Shown: positions 28,133 to 38,886 of the stretch, in pieces
Layout of the letters: every line of letters begins with the position of its first letter
Position numbering within the stretch: position 1 is the first letter of the stretch
Source: a virus
Reading direction: 5' to 3' (one strand)
DNA: 64,000 nt
IMG/VR virus record: IMGVR_UViG_3300028844_005117
Location: 1 to 64,000 of that record
The notes under the pieces: generated by a model
The model's database searches: none
Seen by the model: the letters and a program-made list of their open reading frames with translations, nothing else
Told to the model about the DNA's origin: nothing
Position numbers and translations under genes: made by a program

Positions 28133-29936
28133 AGCCGAAATATATAGTGAGTATGCCAATTGTTTGAAGGACCCAATCTATGCTATCGAAAACTTTTTAG
28201 AAACTTTCGATAAGACACAGGAAGGGTATGTACCATTCAAATTATTCCCAAGGCAAAGGCAGATTGTTAACGCTTATGAGAAACATAGATATAATTTAGT
28301 TACCAAGCCAAGGCAAGCTGGTATATCTACCACTACACAAGCTTATATGGCGGTTAAAGCTGGTTTTGCTGATAAGGATAACCCAGAGGTTATACTTGTA
28401 ATTGCAAATAAGCTTAAATTATCACAAAAATTTTTAAAGGGTATTAAGGATTATCTAAAGCAATTACCAAGATGGATATGGGGTTCTGATTATTATGGTA
28501 CTGAAGAAAACGAAAGAAAATCAATCTTCGTTGTTGATTCTAAGATAGAAATCGAATTACCTAATGGTTCACAAGTTATTGCCGTTGCGACATCGGAAGA
28601 TGCACTTCGTGGATATACACCAACATATCTTGTATTTGATGAGGCAGCCTTCATTGATAATGGTGACGCTGTATATGCAGCTGCCATGTCATCAATATCT
28701 ACTGGTGGTAATGTGATTCTAATTTCCACACCAAACGGTATGGACCCACTTTACTATAAAACATACGAACAATCTAAATCTGGTGATAATAATTACCATA
28801 TTGTTGAAATGCGTTGGTTTGAAGACCCACGATACAATAAAGACCTTAGATGGTACAAGAAAGTTGAGGGTGATGATAATGATGATATTGTAGAGAAGGA
28901 AGTTGAGTTTAATCTTGAATCTTATCTTAAGAGAATTGAAGATGATTGGAAACCAACATCAACATGGTATGAGAACATGTGTATGGCACTTAATAATAAT
29001 TCTAGAAAGATTGCACAGGAGTTAGATGTATCATTCTTAGGTTCTGGTGGTAACGTTATTGAAGATGAGACCATTGAAATGCACGATAAGAAAAATGTTC
29101 GTGACCCTAAATTCGTTGAGGGTGTTGAACAAGAGTTTTGGATATGGGAAGAACCTATAGTGGACCATAAATATATTATGGGTGTCGATGTATCAAGAGG
29201 TGATGGTGAAGATAGTTCAACAATAGTTATCATTGATTTTACAACCATGGAACAAGTAATGGAGTATCAAGGTAAAGTACAACCAGATATACTAGCTCAA
29301 TATGTATATGATTACGGTAATATGTACAACGCATACACTGTTGTCGATATTACAGGTGGTATGGGTGTCTCAACGGTACTTAAGTTGATTGAATTGGATT
29401 ATAGTAAGAAACTATTACATCATGATAAACAAGCAATGGGTAAGGTTTTAGCTAACCAATCTAGATTAGGTTTGGTTAAGGAGAATGAAAAGGTGCCAGG
29501 TTTCAACGCCAATGGAGTTCGTCTTCCAATGATTTCAAACATGGAAAAGGTATTAAGAGAGAACTTCGTTAAGATTAGGTCAAGAAGAATGGTTTCAGAA
29601 ATGAAAACATTTATATATAAGAATGGTAGACCAGACCACATGGATGGTTACCACGATGACCTTCTTATGTCATTGGGTATGGCTATGTGGGTTCTTGAAT
29701 ATTCATTTAAAAACCTTAAGAAAGCTACGGCTCAAAATAAAGCGATACTTAACAGTTGGACCACTGGTGGTCAGAATGTTGAGGAAATCAATAATAAAAG
29801 TTACGATGGTGGATTTGTATCTAAGGATAACAAGGGTAAGAAAACTGCTCCTAGACCAAGATTTAATCCTAACGTATCAAACAACATGCAAGACCCTAAC
29901 GGGGACTACATGTGGTTATTTAGTGGAACAAAATAA
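28122..29936 (+). CDS. terL: terminase large subunit (T4 gp17-like)
   Basis: KPRQAGIST, VFDEAAF, STPNG; nuclease motifs GVDVSRG and HDDLLM. Confidence 0.95.
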   Translation: MLTRAEIYSEYANCLKDPIYAIENFLETFDKTQEGYVPFKLFPRQRQIVNAYEKHRYNLVTKPRQAGISTTTQAYMAVKAGFADKDNPEVILVIANKLKLSQKFLKGIKDYLKQLPRWIWGSDYYGTEENERKSIFVVDSKIEIELPNGSQVIAVATSEDALRGYTPTYLVFDEAAFIDNGDAVYAAAMSSISTGGNVILISTPNGMDPLYYKTYEQSKSGDNNYHIVEMRWFEDPRYNKDLRWYKKVEGDDNDDIVEKEVEFNLESYLKRIEDDWKPTSTWYENMCMALNNNSRKIAQELDVSFLGSGGNVIEDETIEMHDKKNVRDPKFVEGVEQEFWIWEEPIVDHKYIMGVDVSRGDGEDSSTIVIIDFTTMEQVMEYQGKVQPDILAQYVYDYGNMYNAYTVVDITGGMGVSTVLKLIELDYSKKLLHHDKQAMGKVLANQSRLGLVKENEKVPGFNANGVRLPMISNMEKVLRENFVKIRSRRMVSEMKTFIYKNGRPDHMDGYHDDLLMSLGMAMWVLEYSFKNLKKATAQNKAILNSWTTGGQNVEEINNKSYDGGFVSKDNKGKKTAPRPRFNPNVSNNMQDPNGDYMWLFSGTK

Positions 29937-29938
29937 TT

Positions 29939-30184
29939 ATGGCTTTATTTAAGAAAAAGGTATTTACTAGAAGGAATGGGAATCAAAAAGGTGGTGAGCT
30001 TTATAAATGGTCACCTATCCCAACAACTAAAATAGCAAAGGGTGGTAATGCGAACGCATTCTTTTGTACAGCAACACCTCGTTCACAAGGTGAGGATTGG
30101 AAGGTTACATATGTTTACCAAGTTGTACTTGATGATGGTATTGAACATAGAATTGCATATGTCGAATGTGATTATGTGATATAA
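29939..30184 (+). CDS. hypothetical protein
   Basis: ORF between terL and portal. Confidence 0.6.
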   Translation: MALFKKKVFTRRNGNQKGGELYKWSPIPTTKIAKGGNANAFFCTATPRSQGEDWKVTYVYQVVLDDGIEHRIAYVECDYVI

Positions 30185-30230
30185 GTATTTATTTATAATA
30201 AAAATACAGTATAATTAATAAAAAAGTAAT

Positions 30231-32276
30231 ATGGCTAAGAAGAATTTGACGGTCTTTCAGAGAATGAATAATATGTTTGGACCAGATGGTGTAAATGTAC
30301 CTAAGGAAAAAACAAACAGATATTCAATTGGTAACGGTGAGTTGTTAAAAACTACTGATAAAGCTGAATATGAAACTCAGAAATTACAAGCACAACAAAA
30401 TAAATATGTTGGTGGGTTATGGAAAAAGGTTGATGGTGAATTATTCCAACAATCAATTCATTATGAAACAACACGTATTGGTTCATATTCCGATTTCGAG
30501 AATATGGAGTTCTATCCAGAAATTGCAGCTGCTCTAGATATCATGATGGAAGAGGCAACTACAGTTAATGATAAAGGTGAGGTACTTAATATTTATTCTG
30601 ATTCAAAGAGAGTTAAGAAGATACTTAAAGACCTATTCAACAATAGACTTGATTTACATACAACGCTTCCTATGTGGACTAGAAACACATGTAAGTATGG
30701 TGATGACTTTGTATATCTTAATATAGATGATAAGGCTGGAATTATTGGGGTGAGACAAATGCCTAACTTCGAAATGGAAAGAAGAGAGGGGAATATGTAT
30801 GATGCTATTTCAAGAAGTACGGATGATAGTGATGATGGTAAAGTGAAGTTCTTTTGGAAGGGTAGAGATATTGAATTCTCATCATGGCAAATGGCACACT
30901 TCCGTTTATTAGGAGATGATAGAAGATTACCTTATGGTACATCGGTACTTGAAAAGGCTAGAAGAATTTGGAAACAACTTCTTTTATCTGAGGATGCTAT
31001 GCTTATCTATAGAGTAACAAGAGCACCAGAGAGAAGAGTATATAAGATTTATGTTGGTAACATCGATGATGAAGATGTAGGACCATACGTAGATGAGATT
31101 GCAAATAGATTTAAACGTATGCCAGTTATTGACCCACAAACAGGTCAAATTGATTTAAAATATAATCAAATGGCGAATGACCAAGATTTCTTTATTCCTG
31201 TTAGGGATGAGAGCGCACCTAATCCAATTGATACACTTGCGGGTGCACAGAACTTAGACCAAATTGCAGATATTGAATATCTTCAAAGAAAATTGTTTAC
31301 AGCACTTAGAGTACCTAAATCATTCTTAGGATTTGAAGATGCTGTTGGTGAAGGAAAGAACCTTGCCTTGCAAGATATTAGATTCTCAAGAACAATCAAC
31401 AGAATTCAACAAGCGATGATTCAAGAGTTAAATAAGATAGCAATTGTTCACTTATATATTCTAGGATTTGAGGAAGAGTTAGATAACTTTACACTTACAC
31501 TTAATAACCCATCAGTACAAGCTGAGATGCTTAAGGTTGAACACTTACAATCTAAGATGACACTTTACAAGGATGCAGTTAATGATGCTGGTAATGGGTT
31601 CGGTGCTATGAGTATGACTAAAGCTAAGAGAGAAATTCTTGGATGGTCAGATGATGAAATCAAACAAGACCTTCTTGAACAAAGAATGGAGAAAGCGGCT
31701 GCTGCTGAACTTGAGAACACTTCTAACGTAATCAAGAACACTGGTATGTTTGATAAGGTAGATAGAATTTATGGTGATATCGAACTTGCTAAACAAGGTG
31801 GTGCACCAGAAGGTGAAGAAGGTGGTGACGCAGAAGGTGGTGGTCCAGCTGGTGGAGGTGGAGGCTTCGGAGGTGGAGGCTTCGGAGAAGAAGACTTAGG
31901 ATTAGACGCAGAAGGTGGTGAAGACTTTGGTGGTGAAGATGCTGGTGGTGAAATTGATTTTGGTGAAGAAGATGCTGGTGCGGATGCTGGTGGTGAAGAC
32001 ATGGGTGCTGAGACTACTGAGGAATCAATCAAGCAAGCTGAAAATTTACTTACAGAGCAAAAAGCTTTACTTAAAGGTAAGAGTATACTTAGAACAAATA
32101 AACATAATAAAACTTATTTAGATAGGTTAAGTGAATCAATTAAGAAGGATGATTCCCCAAATATTATTAGAGAAAAGATATACGATAAGAACTTGAAAAT
32201 AAATGAAGATGTTGACAATATGATTGGTGATATCAATAAAATGATTGATGAGTTGGATGACACTATAGGAGAATAA
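30231..32276 (+). CDS. portal protein (T4 gp20-like)
   Basis: YGTSVLEKARR, EDAMLIYRVTRAPERRVYKI, DIEYLQRKLFTALRVPKS; acidic Gly-rich C-terminal tail. Confidence 0.93.
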   Translation: MAKKNLTVFQRMNNMFGPDGVNVPKEKTNRYSIGNGELLKTTDKAEYETQKLQAQQNKYVGGLWKKVDGELFQQSIHYETTRIGSYSDFENMEFYPEIAAALDIMMEEATTVNDKGEVLNIYSDSKRVKKILKDLFNNRLDLHTTLPMWTRNTCKYGDDFVYLNIDDKAGIIGVRQMPNFEMERREGNMYDAISRSTDDSDDGKVKFFWKGRDIEFSSWQMAHFRLLGDDRRLPYGTSVLEKARRIWKQLLLSEDAMLIYRVTRAPERRVYKIYVGNIDDEDVGPYVDEIANRFKRMPVIDPQTGQIDLKYNQMANDQDFFIPVRDESAPNPIDTLAGAQNLDQIADIEYLQRKLFTALRVPKSFLGFEDAVGEGKNLALQDIRFSRTINRIQQAMIQELNKIAIVHLYILGFEEELDNFTLTLNNPSVQAEMLKVEHLQSKMTLYKDAVNDAGNGFGAMSMTKAKREILGWSDDEIKQDLLEQRMEKAAAAELENTSNVIKNTGMFDKVDRIYGDIELAKQGGAPEGEEGGDAEGGGPAGGGGGFGGGGFGEEDLGLDAEGGEDFGGEDAGGEIDFGEEDAGADAGGEDMGAETTEESIKQAENLLTEQKALLKGKSILRTNKHNKTYLDRLSESIKKDDSPNIIREKIYDKNLKINEDVDNMIGDINKMIDELDDTIGE

Positions 32277-32322
32277 CGGTTTTTCTGTCACCAAACACAT
32301 ATTTATAATTAAAATACAACAC

Positions 32323-33099
32323 ATGCAAAACTTCGGTAAAATAAAAAATGCATTTAATGAAATCTTAGCTGAATTCATAGTGGATAAGAATGCAGAAAAG
32401 AAATCAATCGTTAAAAGATTTATTAAGGGTATGAGTGAGAGTAAAATACTCAAGACTCAATTTTTAATTTATAATAATATCGAAAATAGAGTTGATGAGA
32501 ATGAGTTCTCTGCTAATCTATTTATAACTGAGAATATCAATATATTAAATGAATTCTCAAAAGAAGAGATTGACGCAGAAAATACCAAGTTGATTAATAT
32601 GTCTCAAATGGTATCTGAAAGATTAGATTCAGAATATCCAAACAACGATTTACACGAAGCTATCTCAAAATTAATATTCACTGAACCAACACCATCTACT
32701 GTTAAAGAAATAACTAGTAGTAGATTATCTATTGTTAAGTATATCAATGAAAATGAAGAGAAGGTAATTGTAGAATCCGCTGAGGTAATCCCTAATAGTC
32801 TTTTAGTTAATTTATCAGTTGATAAGTTCAATGAAAAATATGCTGACTTAACCGAAGGTGAGCATAAGGTATTGAATGTTATCTTAGATAACAATAATGA
32901 TGAAGCTAGGAAAGAAGTTTATACTGAAACATTGAAGGGTTGTATTTCATTAATTAATGAGAAATTAAAAGTATCTACAGATAAAGAAAAATTATTAGAT
33001 GTGAAAGATAAATTACTTAATGGTTCATTTGTGTCTGAAACGTTTGTTGATGATATTAGTAAGCTTTTAGATTTAAATAGAGCGTTAGGAGAAAACTAA
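32323..33099 (+). CDS. hypothetical head-module protein
   Basis: Late motif at 32300; FNEKY motif. Confidence 0.75.
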   Translation: MQNFGKIKNAFNEILAEFIVDKNAEKKSIVKRFIKGMSESKILKTQFLIYNNIENRVDENEFSANLFITENINILNEFSKEEIDAENTKLINMSQMVSERLDSEYPNNDLHEAISKLIFTEPTPSTVKEITSSRLSIVKYINENEEKVIVESAEVIPNSLLVNLSVDKFNEKYADLTEGEHKVLNVILDNNNDEARKEVYTETLKGCISLINEKLKVSTDKEKLLDVKDKLLNGSFVSETFVDDISKLLDLNRALGEN

Positions 33100-33108
33100 T
33101 ATAATATT

Positions 33109-33408
33109 ATGGAATTAGAATCATTAGTCCAAATATTTGGAGGGGCTGGGGCAACATTCTATGTTATGTGGTTATGGCTTAAAAGTATTCAAGATGAAAA
33201 AAAGGTATTAGCTGAAAAGTTGGAAGAAGAACAACTGGCAAGAGTAAATGAATTGAGGGAGATGTTACCATTATTATCGGATGCATCCAAGGGTTTACAA
33301 AAAGTACTCAAATCAAAGTCAGAAGATAATAACCAATTTATTAGTGTAATAAAGTCTCACATAGATGATAAAGTAATTGAAATAACAGAAAAATGCAAAA
33401 GGAAATAA
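33109..33408 (+). CDS. single-TM coiled-coil protein, possibly holin-like
   Basis: N-terminal hydrophobic helix followed by coiled coil. Confidence 0.55.
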   Translation: MELESLVQIFGGAGATFYVMWLWLKSIQDEKKVLAEKLEEEQLARVNELREMLPLLSDASKGLQKVLKSKSEDNNQFISVIKSHIDDKVIEITEKCKRK

Positions 33409-33797
33409 CCAACAATCTACAACTTACCATTGCTAAATTGGAATTGAAACAATTGGAATTCATTGATAAGGTTTCAAAGAAACACAATGATTATGTTATA
33501 CGTTGTATAACGGACCCAATTAAAAAGACATTTATAGCTGTTAATGGTGATTGGAAAAAAGTCACTGGTTATGGTGAGGATTTTTGTGTTGGTAAGGAGT
33601 GGAGTGAATTCATTCCAGATGAACATGCTGAGGTTGTAATTTCAGAAGCTAGTAGTATTTTAGATGAAGAAGGTGGTTTTGATTCTTTTGTGTGTGATAT
33701 TGTCAGTGTAACTGGTGAATTAATCAGTGTAGATTGGAAGGCTAAGTTCTATCCAGAAATCAATTCAGTTGTATCTATTGGTAGGGTTAAAAAATAA
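33393..33797 (+). CDS. PAS-domain protein
   Basis: FIAVNGDWKKVTGY...GKEWSEFIPDEH...GELISVDW PAS pattern. Confidence 0.7.
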   Translation: MQKEITNNLQLTIAKLELKQLEFIDKVSKKHNDYVIRCITDPIKKTFIAVNGDWKKVTGYGEDFCVGKEWSEFIPDEHAEVVISEASSILDEEGGFDSFVCDIVSVTGELISVDWKAKFYPEINSVVSIGRVKK

Positions 33798-33846
33798 ATT
33801 TGACTTATCCAAATATTTTCCTTATACTTAAGAGAAAATACCAGGT

Positions 33847-34290
33847 ATGATAAAAAAAGGAAAAGAAATTAAAATGGGAAAGACTTATAAAGATTATAAA
33901 GTTGTTTCGGGAACAGTAGATTCCAAAAACCCAACAAGTGTTTACATTAACATCTCAGCATGGGGTGAACCAATCAACGAAGAAACAGAACATTATGTAA
34001 GTGTTATTAGTGGATTGAAGAAAAGAGTCAAGCAATATGTTTATGATTCAATACCAATGACGTATAACCCACATAGAACTATTATAGATTTAGATATGCG
34101 TGAATCTGGAGTTGGTTACGGTAAAAGAAGTTACATGAGTTGTGAGGTTACATTATATCAAAACGTAAGGAATGGGAAGATATTAATGTCAAATGACCTT
34201 AAGAGGTCCATGACTCAATTGACCGATAATCTAATAGAAGATGTATTTGATAAAGACGAACACTTTAAATTTTATAAGAAGAAGAACTAA
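33847..34290 (+). CDS. hypothetical protein
   Basis: GTVDSKNP...IIDLDMRESG...KRSYMSCEVTLY. Confidence 0.75.
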   Translation: MIKKGKEIKMGKTYKDYKVVSGTVDSKNPTSVYINISAWGEPINEETEHYVSVISGLKKRVKQYVYDSIPMTYNPHRTIIDLDMRESGVGYGKRSYMSCEVTLYQNVRNGKILMSNDLKRSMTQLTDNLIEDVFDKDEHFKFYKKKN

Positions 34291-34298
34291 ATAATAAG

Positions 34299-34328
34299 AA
34301 ACCGAATCCACTAAGATTCGGTTTTTTT
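34299..34328 (+). terminator. intrinsic terminator
   Basis: aaaccgaatc-cactaa-gattcggttt followed by a T run. Confidence 0.85.
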
Positions 34329-34366
34329 ATTTCCCTTGATGTATTTATAATTAAAATCTATAGATT

Positions 34367-35080
34367 ATGTCAAACAGGTTAAATGAAGATATTAAATTAC
34401 TAAAGGCTGGTGATGTCGGGTTTGGGTTCATGATTGAACACGATGCTGGATTCATCGACCCTAACGATTCACGAAATGAAAAGTTCGTAAATGAGGTTAA
34501 GAAATTAGCTTCTGGGGAGATTGCAATGATAGAGCCATTAGTAGTTACTGTAGTATTACAGAAATGGGGTGTTAAGAATAGGAATGGTAGAATATACCCA
34601 GAGAGAATACTTAAGGCTCAAGCTGAGGCATACAATGAATTAATCAAGAACAAATCTGCATTAGGTGAATTAGACCACCCAGAGTCATCCATTATAGCTG
34701 GTGACAGAGTATCTCACAACATAACTAGAATATGGTGGGAAGGAAGAACTCTAATGGGAGAGATGCAAATCAATACAACATTAGGATTTATCAATATGGG
34801 TATCTGCTCTACCAAGGGTGATGAGGTTGCTAACATGCTTAGACATGGTTGGAGAATCGGAGTATCATCTAGAGGTGTAGGTACACTTGAAGAAGATTAT
34901 GAAGGAAATGCAATCGTTCAAGATGATTTTGAATTGATTGGTTGGGATGTTGTTACAGCACCATCAACTCCAGGTTCATGGATATTTGGAAACAAAAAAG
35001 ATGCGGCTCCTTTCATGGAATCAAAAATAAGGGAAGACAAGTCTTTAGATGATGACTTAGATAAATTCTTATTGGGTTAA
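34367..35080 (+). CDS. prohead core protease (T4 gp21-like)
   Basis: NRNGRIYP, ALGELDHP, GVSSRGVG, DVVTAPSTPG. Confidence 0.93.
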   Translation: MSNRLNEDIKLLKAGDVGFGFMIEHDAGFIDPNDSRNEKFVNEVKKLASGEIAMIEPLVVTVVLQKWGVKNRNGRIYPERILKAQAEAYNELIKNKSALGELDHPESSIIAGDRVSHNITRIWWEGRTLMGEMQINTTLGFINMGICSTKGDEVANMLRHGWRIGVSSRGVGTLEEDYEGNAIVQDDFELIGWDVVTAPSTPGSWIFGNKKDAAPFMESKIREDKSLDDDLDKFLLG

Positions 35081-35203
35081 AAAAAATCACATTATTTTAC
35101 TGTAAACTTGGTTTTATGGAAAATAGAATATATTTATTATCAAATGCCCTTTATTGGGTATAACTAAAAAAGAATAAAACTTTTAAAATAAAACAAAAAC
35201 AAA

Positions 35204-36733
35204 ATGGCTAAAAAGAATAAATCAATTATTGATGAAGCGGTACTGGATGCGAAAAGAATCCAAGAAACTTTAAATGCCAACACAAAAGAAATACTTCGTT
35301 CGATTGCGAAAGAAGAAATTGATGACCTAGTGAAAGAATCTCTTAACGAGTTTGATGAAGAAGATGTTGAAGAACCAATAGATGCAGATGCTGTAGATGG
35401 TGGAGAAGTAGACGTAGATGCTGAGGCACCTATGGATGTTGATTCAGTTGATGTAGATGGAGCTGATATTGAAGGTGAATTAGAAATTGGAGAACCCGAA
35501 GAAGGTGACTTAGAAATAGGTGACGAAGAATTAGGAATGGACGCTGAGGTGTCGATGGGTGACGAGATGGATATGACAGCCGCATCAGATGATGACGTTA
35601 TCGCAGTTTACAAGAAGTTGACTGGTGATGATGAAATCCAAATCGTAAGTAATGAAGCTGGAGATATCGAGTTAACTGTTAATGAACCAGGTGAGTTTGT
35701 AATTAAAACTGGTGAAGATAACGGTGGTGTTGAAGCGGAACCAGAAATGGGACTAGAACCAGAAATGGAATTAGAACCAGAAATGGATGCAGAACCAGAA
35801 ATGGGAATGGACGCAGAAGTGGGTGCAGAACCAGAAATGGATGCAGAACCAGAAGCTGACTCAGAATATGAACTTACCGCTGGTGAGGATTCAGAAGAAG
35901 AGGAAGAAGAGGAAACTTACGAAGAAAGTTACGATGTGAATGAATCACAAGTTGTATACGAAATAGCAATAGATGAAATGGAAAACATAGAAAGTGTTAG
36001 CGCACCTGTCGGAAATGAAAATGAAGACAATTGGGCTGGTGATAATCTTGAAGGTGGTTTTGACGATAATGGTCAAAACGGAACTGGTGATGCTCACGGA
36101 GAACACATAATGGAAGATGAAAACGTAAATGAAGATGAAACTGTAACGGAAGAAGAAACTGTAACAGAAGAAACTATCGAAGAAGCTATCCCTAAGGGAC
36201 AAGGTGAAGCACATAGAGTGCCAGCTAAAGCTGACATCGGACAACCAGTAGCACCAGGTGCGAAGGGAGTTACAGGTGTAAAAGGTGGTGCAAATGAATC
36301 TAAATTCGTTTCTAAAGAAGATTACGATAAACTACTTAAGGAAGCTAAAGCACTTAAAGGTAGAGCTACACAAATGGCTGAAACTTTACAAGAGCAAAGA
36401 AGAATGTTAGGACAAGTTGTTGTATTCAATACTAATCTTACAAATGTAACTAGATTATTTACTGAGCATTCTACAACTAAAGATGAAAAGAGAAACATTA
36501 TCGAAAGATTCGATGAAGAAGTATCAAGCATTCAAGAGTCAAAAAGACTATTCAAGTCTATTGAAAAGGAATTAGGTAATAAACAACCAATGAACGAATC
36601 AATAGAAGGGAAAATTTCCAAGGAAGCATCAAGTAGTACTTCAAAATTAAATGAAAGTACTGCATATGTAGACAAGGACACTAAAAGAATAATGGACCTT
36701 ATTTCTCGTGTAGAGAACAAGGACAAATATTAA
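35204..36733 (+). CDS. prohead scaffolding/core protein
   Basis: Lies between protease and MCP; very acidic; C-terminal coiled coil. Confidence 0.75.
   Translation: MAKKNKSIIDEAVLDAKRIQETLNANTKEILRSIAKEEIDDLVKESLNEFDEEDVEEPIDADAVDGGEVDVDAEAPMDVDSVDVDGADIEGELEIGEPEEGDLEIGDEELGMDAEVSMGDEMDMTAASDDDVIAVYKKLTGDDEIQIVSNEAGDIELTVNEPGEFVIKTGEDNGGVEAEPEMGLEPEMELEPEMDAEPEMGMDAEVGAEPEMDAEPEADSEYELTAGEDSEEEEEEETYEESYDVNESQVVYEIAIDEMENIESVSAPVGNENEDNWAGDNLEGGFDDNGQNGTGDAHGEHIMEDENVNEDETVTEEETVTEETIEEAIPKGQGEAHRVPAKADIGQPVAPGAKGVTGVKGGANESKFVSKEDYDKLLKEAKALKGRATQMAETLQEQRRMLGQVVVFNTNLTNVTRLFTEHSTTKDEKRNIIERFDEEVSSIQESKRLFKSIEKELGNKQPMNESIEGKISKEASSSTSKLNESTAYVDKDTKRIMDLISRVENKDKY
35738..35857 (+). repeat. 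EPEM coding tandem repeats (about 18-nt units)
   Basis: gaaccagaaatgg repeated. Confidence 0.85.
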
Positions 36734-36760
36734 AAATAAAATAAACAAAAATAAAATAAA

Positions 36761-38530
36761 ATGTCAAATTCACAATTATTAAATTCTGGGCAAATTGGAA
36801 ACATCGGATTAAACCACATGAAGGCTATCCGTCAACAAACCCAACAAAAGTGGAACTCTTTAGGATTCTTAGAAGGTCTTAAAGGTCATGTTAAGGAGAA
36901 CATCGCTCAGTTATATGAGAACGAAGCTTCTTACCTATTAAACGAAGCTACTTCTGCGGCTGATTCATCTGGTTCTTTCGAGACAGTTGTATTCCCAATC
37001 GTAAGAAGAGTATTCTCTAAGTTGTTAGCAAACGATATCGTTTCTGTACAAGCAATGAACATGCCTATCGGTAAATTGTTCTTCTTCGTACCTCAAACGT
37101 CTTCAAGAGTTGATTCAACTGGTGCGGCTGGTAACGTACATTCTGATGCAGTATTCTCTGCACATACAGGAATGGGTGACCAACTTCCAGATTGCGTTAA
37201 CGCTTTATGTACTGTAACTCAGTATGAAGCTAAGAACTTATACGATATCTATTATAATGATGGATTATTCGATAACTCTAAAGGAACTGCTACTATTACT
37301 ATAATGGATGCTATTCCTGTAGCAATGGACTCAAACGGAGAATTCTCTGAAAACGGTTCACCAGCTGCATCTACTGATGGTTCATACAGAAATGTTATGT
37401 TAAGAATCTCTGGATTCTCTTCAACTAATAAAGGTAGATTAACTGGACCAGATGGTAATGAAATGGACACGGAAGGATTCCTTGCGTCTCTTAAAGTTAC
37501 TTCTGCATTGCCACTTACTGACCCAGATGGTAACGTTATCGTTCCAGCTGCTGGTGAGGTACCATTTAGATTAGTTACTCAAAAGTATGGTAAAGGAATC
37601 GTTACTTATGACGATATCTGTGACGCTGCTGGTGAGTTATATATAGAATTAGATATGAGTCACCCAGTTGCACAAGGTGGTACTGCTACATTCGACGGTT
37701 ACGTTGGGTCTACAGCATCTACTTATGCTTCTACAGCGTTTGACGCTTCATGGGCAACTTATGCTAGTCTTGAATTAGAAACAGAAATGGGAGAGGTATC
37801 TTTCAAACTTGATGAAGTTGTTGTTTCAGTTGAAGAAAGAAAATTAAGAGCTACATGGTCTCCAGAATTAGCGCAAGATGTTAGTGCATTCCACAACATT
37901 GATGCTGAGGCTGAATTAACGGCTATGTTATCAGAGCAAGTTGCTGCTGAGATTGATAGAGAAATCTTGAGAGACCTTAGAAAAGCTGCTGCTTGGACTC
38001 TTAGATGGGATTATAATGGATGGAGAAAGACTTCTCAAGCGTCTAACGCTTACACACAGAAGGATTGGAACCAAACTTTAATCACTAAAGTTAACCAATT
38101 ATCAGCGCAAATTCACAAAGCGACATTAAGAGGTGGTGCAAACTACATCGTTGTTTCTTCTGAAATCTCTGCTGTATTCAATGATTTGGAGTACTTCCAC
38201 GTAAGTGATGCTTCTCCAGAGCAAGACCAATATAACATGGGTATCGAAAGAATCGGTTCTCTTGGTGGTAGATTCCAAGTATACGCTGACCCGTATTCTC
38301 CATGGTACTCTATGATTATCGGTCATAAAGGAAAGTCACTTCTTGACACAGGGTATATCTATGCTCCATATGTGCCATTACAATTGACACCTACAATGTA
38401 TAACCCGTTCAACTTCGCTCCAGTGAAGGGTATTATGACTCGTTATGCTAAGAAAGTGGTAAACAACAGATTCTACGGACACGTAAGATGTGATGGTGTT
38501 CCTCACTTTAACATTGATGAATTAAGATAG
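36761..38530 (+). CDS. major capsid protein (T4 gp23-like)
   Basis: VSVQAMNMPIG, RKLRATWSPELAQD, DAEAEL, YAPYVPL, GIMTRYA; probable LNE/A maturation site. Confidence 0.96.
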   Translation: MSNSQLLNSGQIGNIGLNHMKAIRQQTQQKWNSLGFLEGLKGHVKENIAQLYENEASYLLNEATSAADSSGSFETVVFPIVRRVFSKLLANDIVSVQAMNMPIGKLFFFVPQTSSRVDSTGAAGNVHSDAVFSAHTGMGDQLPDCVNALCTVTQYEAKNLYDIYYNDGLFDNSKGTATITIMDAIPVAMDSNGEFSENGSPAASTDGSYRNVMLRISGFSSTNKGRLTGPDGNEMDTEGFLASLKVTSALPLTDPDGNVIVPAAGEVPFRLVTQKYGKGIVTYDDICDAAGELYIELDMSHPVAQGGTATFDGYVGSTASTYASTAFDASWATYASLELETEMGEVSFKLDEVVVSVEERKLRATWSPELAQDVSAFHNIDAEAELTAMLSEQVAAEIDREILRDLRKAAAWTLRWDYNGWRKTSQASNAYTQKDWNQTLITKVNQLSAQIHKATLRGGANYIVVSSEISAVFNDLEYFHVSDASPEQDQYNMGIERIGSLGGRFQVYADPYSPWYSMIIGHKGKSLLDTGYIYAPYVPLQLTPTMYNPFNFAPVKGIMTRYAKKVVNNRFYGHVRCDGVPHFNIDELR

Positions 38531-38557
38531 TAGTATCTTATATAAAATATAACACTA

Positions 38558-38585
38558 AAGCCTTAACGAAAGTTAGGGCTTTTTT
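38558..38585 (+). terminator. intrinsic terminator after MCP
   Basis: agccttaac-gaaa-gttagggct followed by a T run. Confidence 0.85.
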
Positions 38586-38592
38586 GTGTTTA

Positions 38593-38886
38593 TTACATTC
38601 CTACATCACTAGGTGATATATAAGGGTGTCTTAGAGGCATTTCATAGTTCTCACCAGCTTGAACACATAGTCCAGCAATCTTTCTAAGGTATTCCATTGC
38701 ACCCTCATGTGGTTCAGAACCGTGATACCAAGCCTTTCTAGCTAAGTCAAGGTTATATTGAATAGCAGATAATGTATCTCCAACATGGAGTTCCTTAATC
38801 ATATCTGGACGGTCATCTCTTAAAGTCATTTCGTTCTGAAAATCTCTTTCAGTATCGATTACTTCATATACTTCACTTCTATCCAT
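38593..38886 (-). CDS. hypothetical protein
   Basis: ORF; LRKIAGLCVQAGE. Confidence 0.7.
   Translation of the reverse strand: MDRSEVYEVIDTERDFQNEMTLRDDRPDMIKELHVGDTLSAIQYNLDLARKAWYHGSEPHEGAMEYLRKIAGLCVQAGENYEMPLRHPYISPSDVGM

Noticed and set aside
31790-32010. Gly/Glu/Asp low-complexity stretch with higher GC
   Set aside because: Ordinary acidic portal C-terminal tail, not a foreign insert
33380-33408. Possible frameshift fusing the TM protein to the PAS protein
   Set aside because: No canonical slippery heptamer; a normal overlapping ATG at 33393 explains it
35738-35857. Tandem gaaccagaaatgg repeats as a possible CRISPR array
   Set aside because: Units of about 18 nt are in frame in the scaffold gene, lack unique spacers of about 30 nt, and no cas genes are present
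21073-38530. Introns or inteins in thyA, terL, portal or MCP
   Set aside because: Motifs are contiguous; no splice-junction or homing-endonuclease signatures seen
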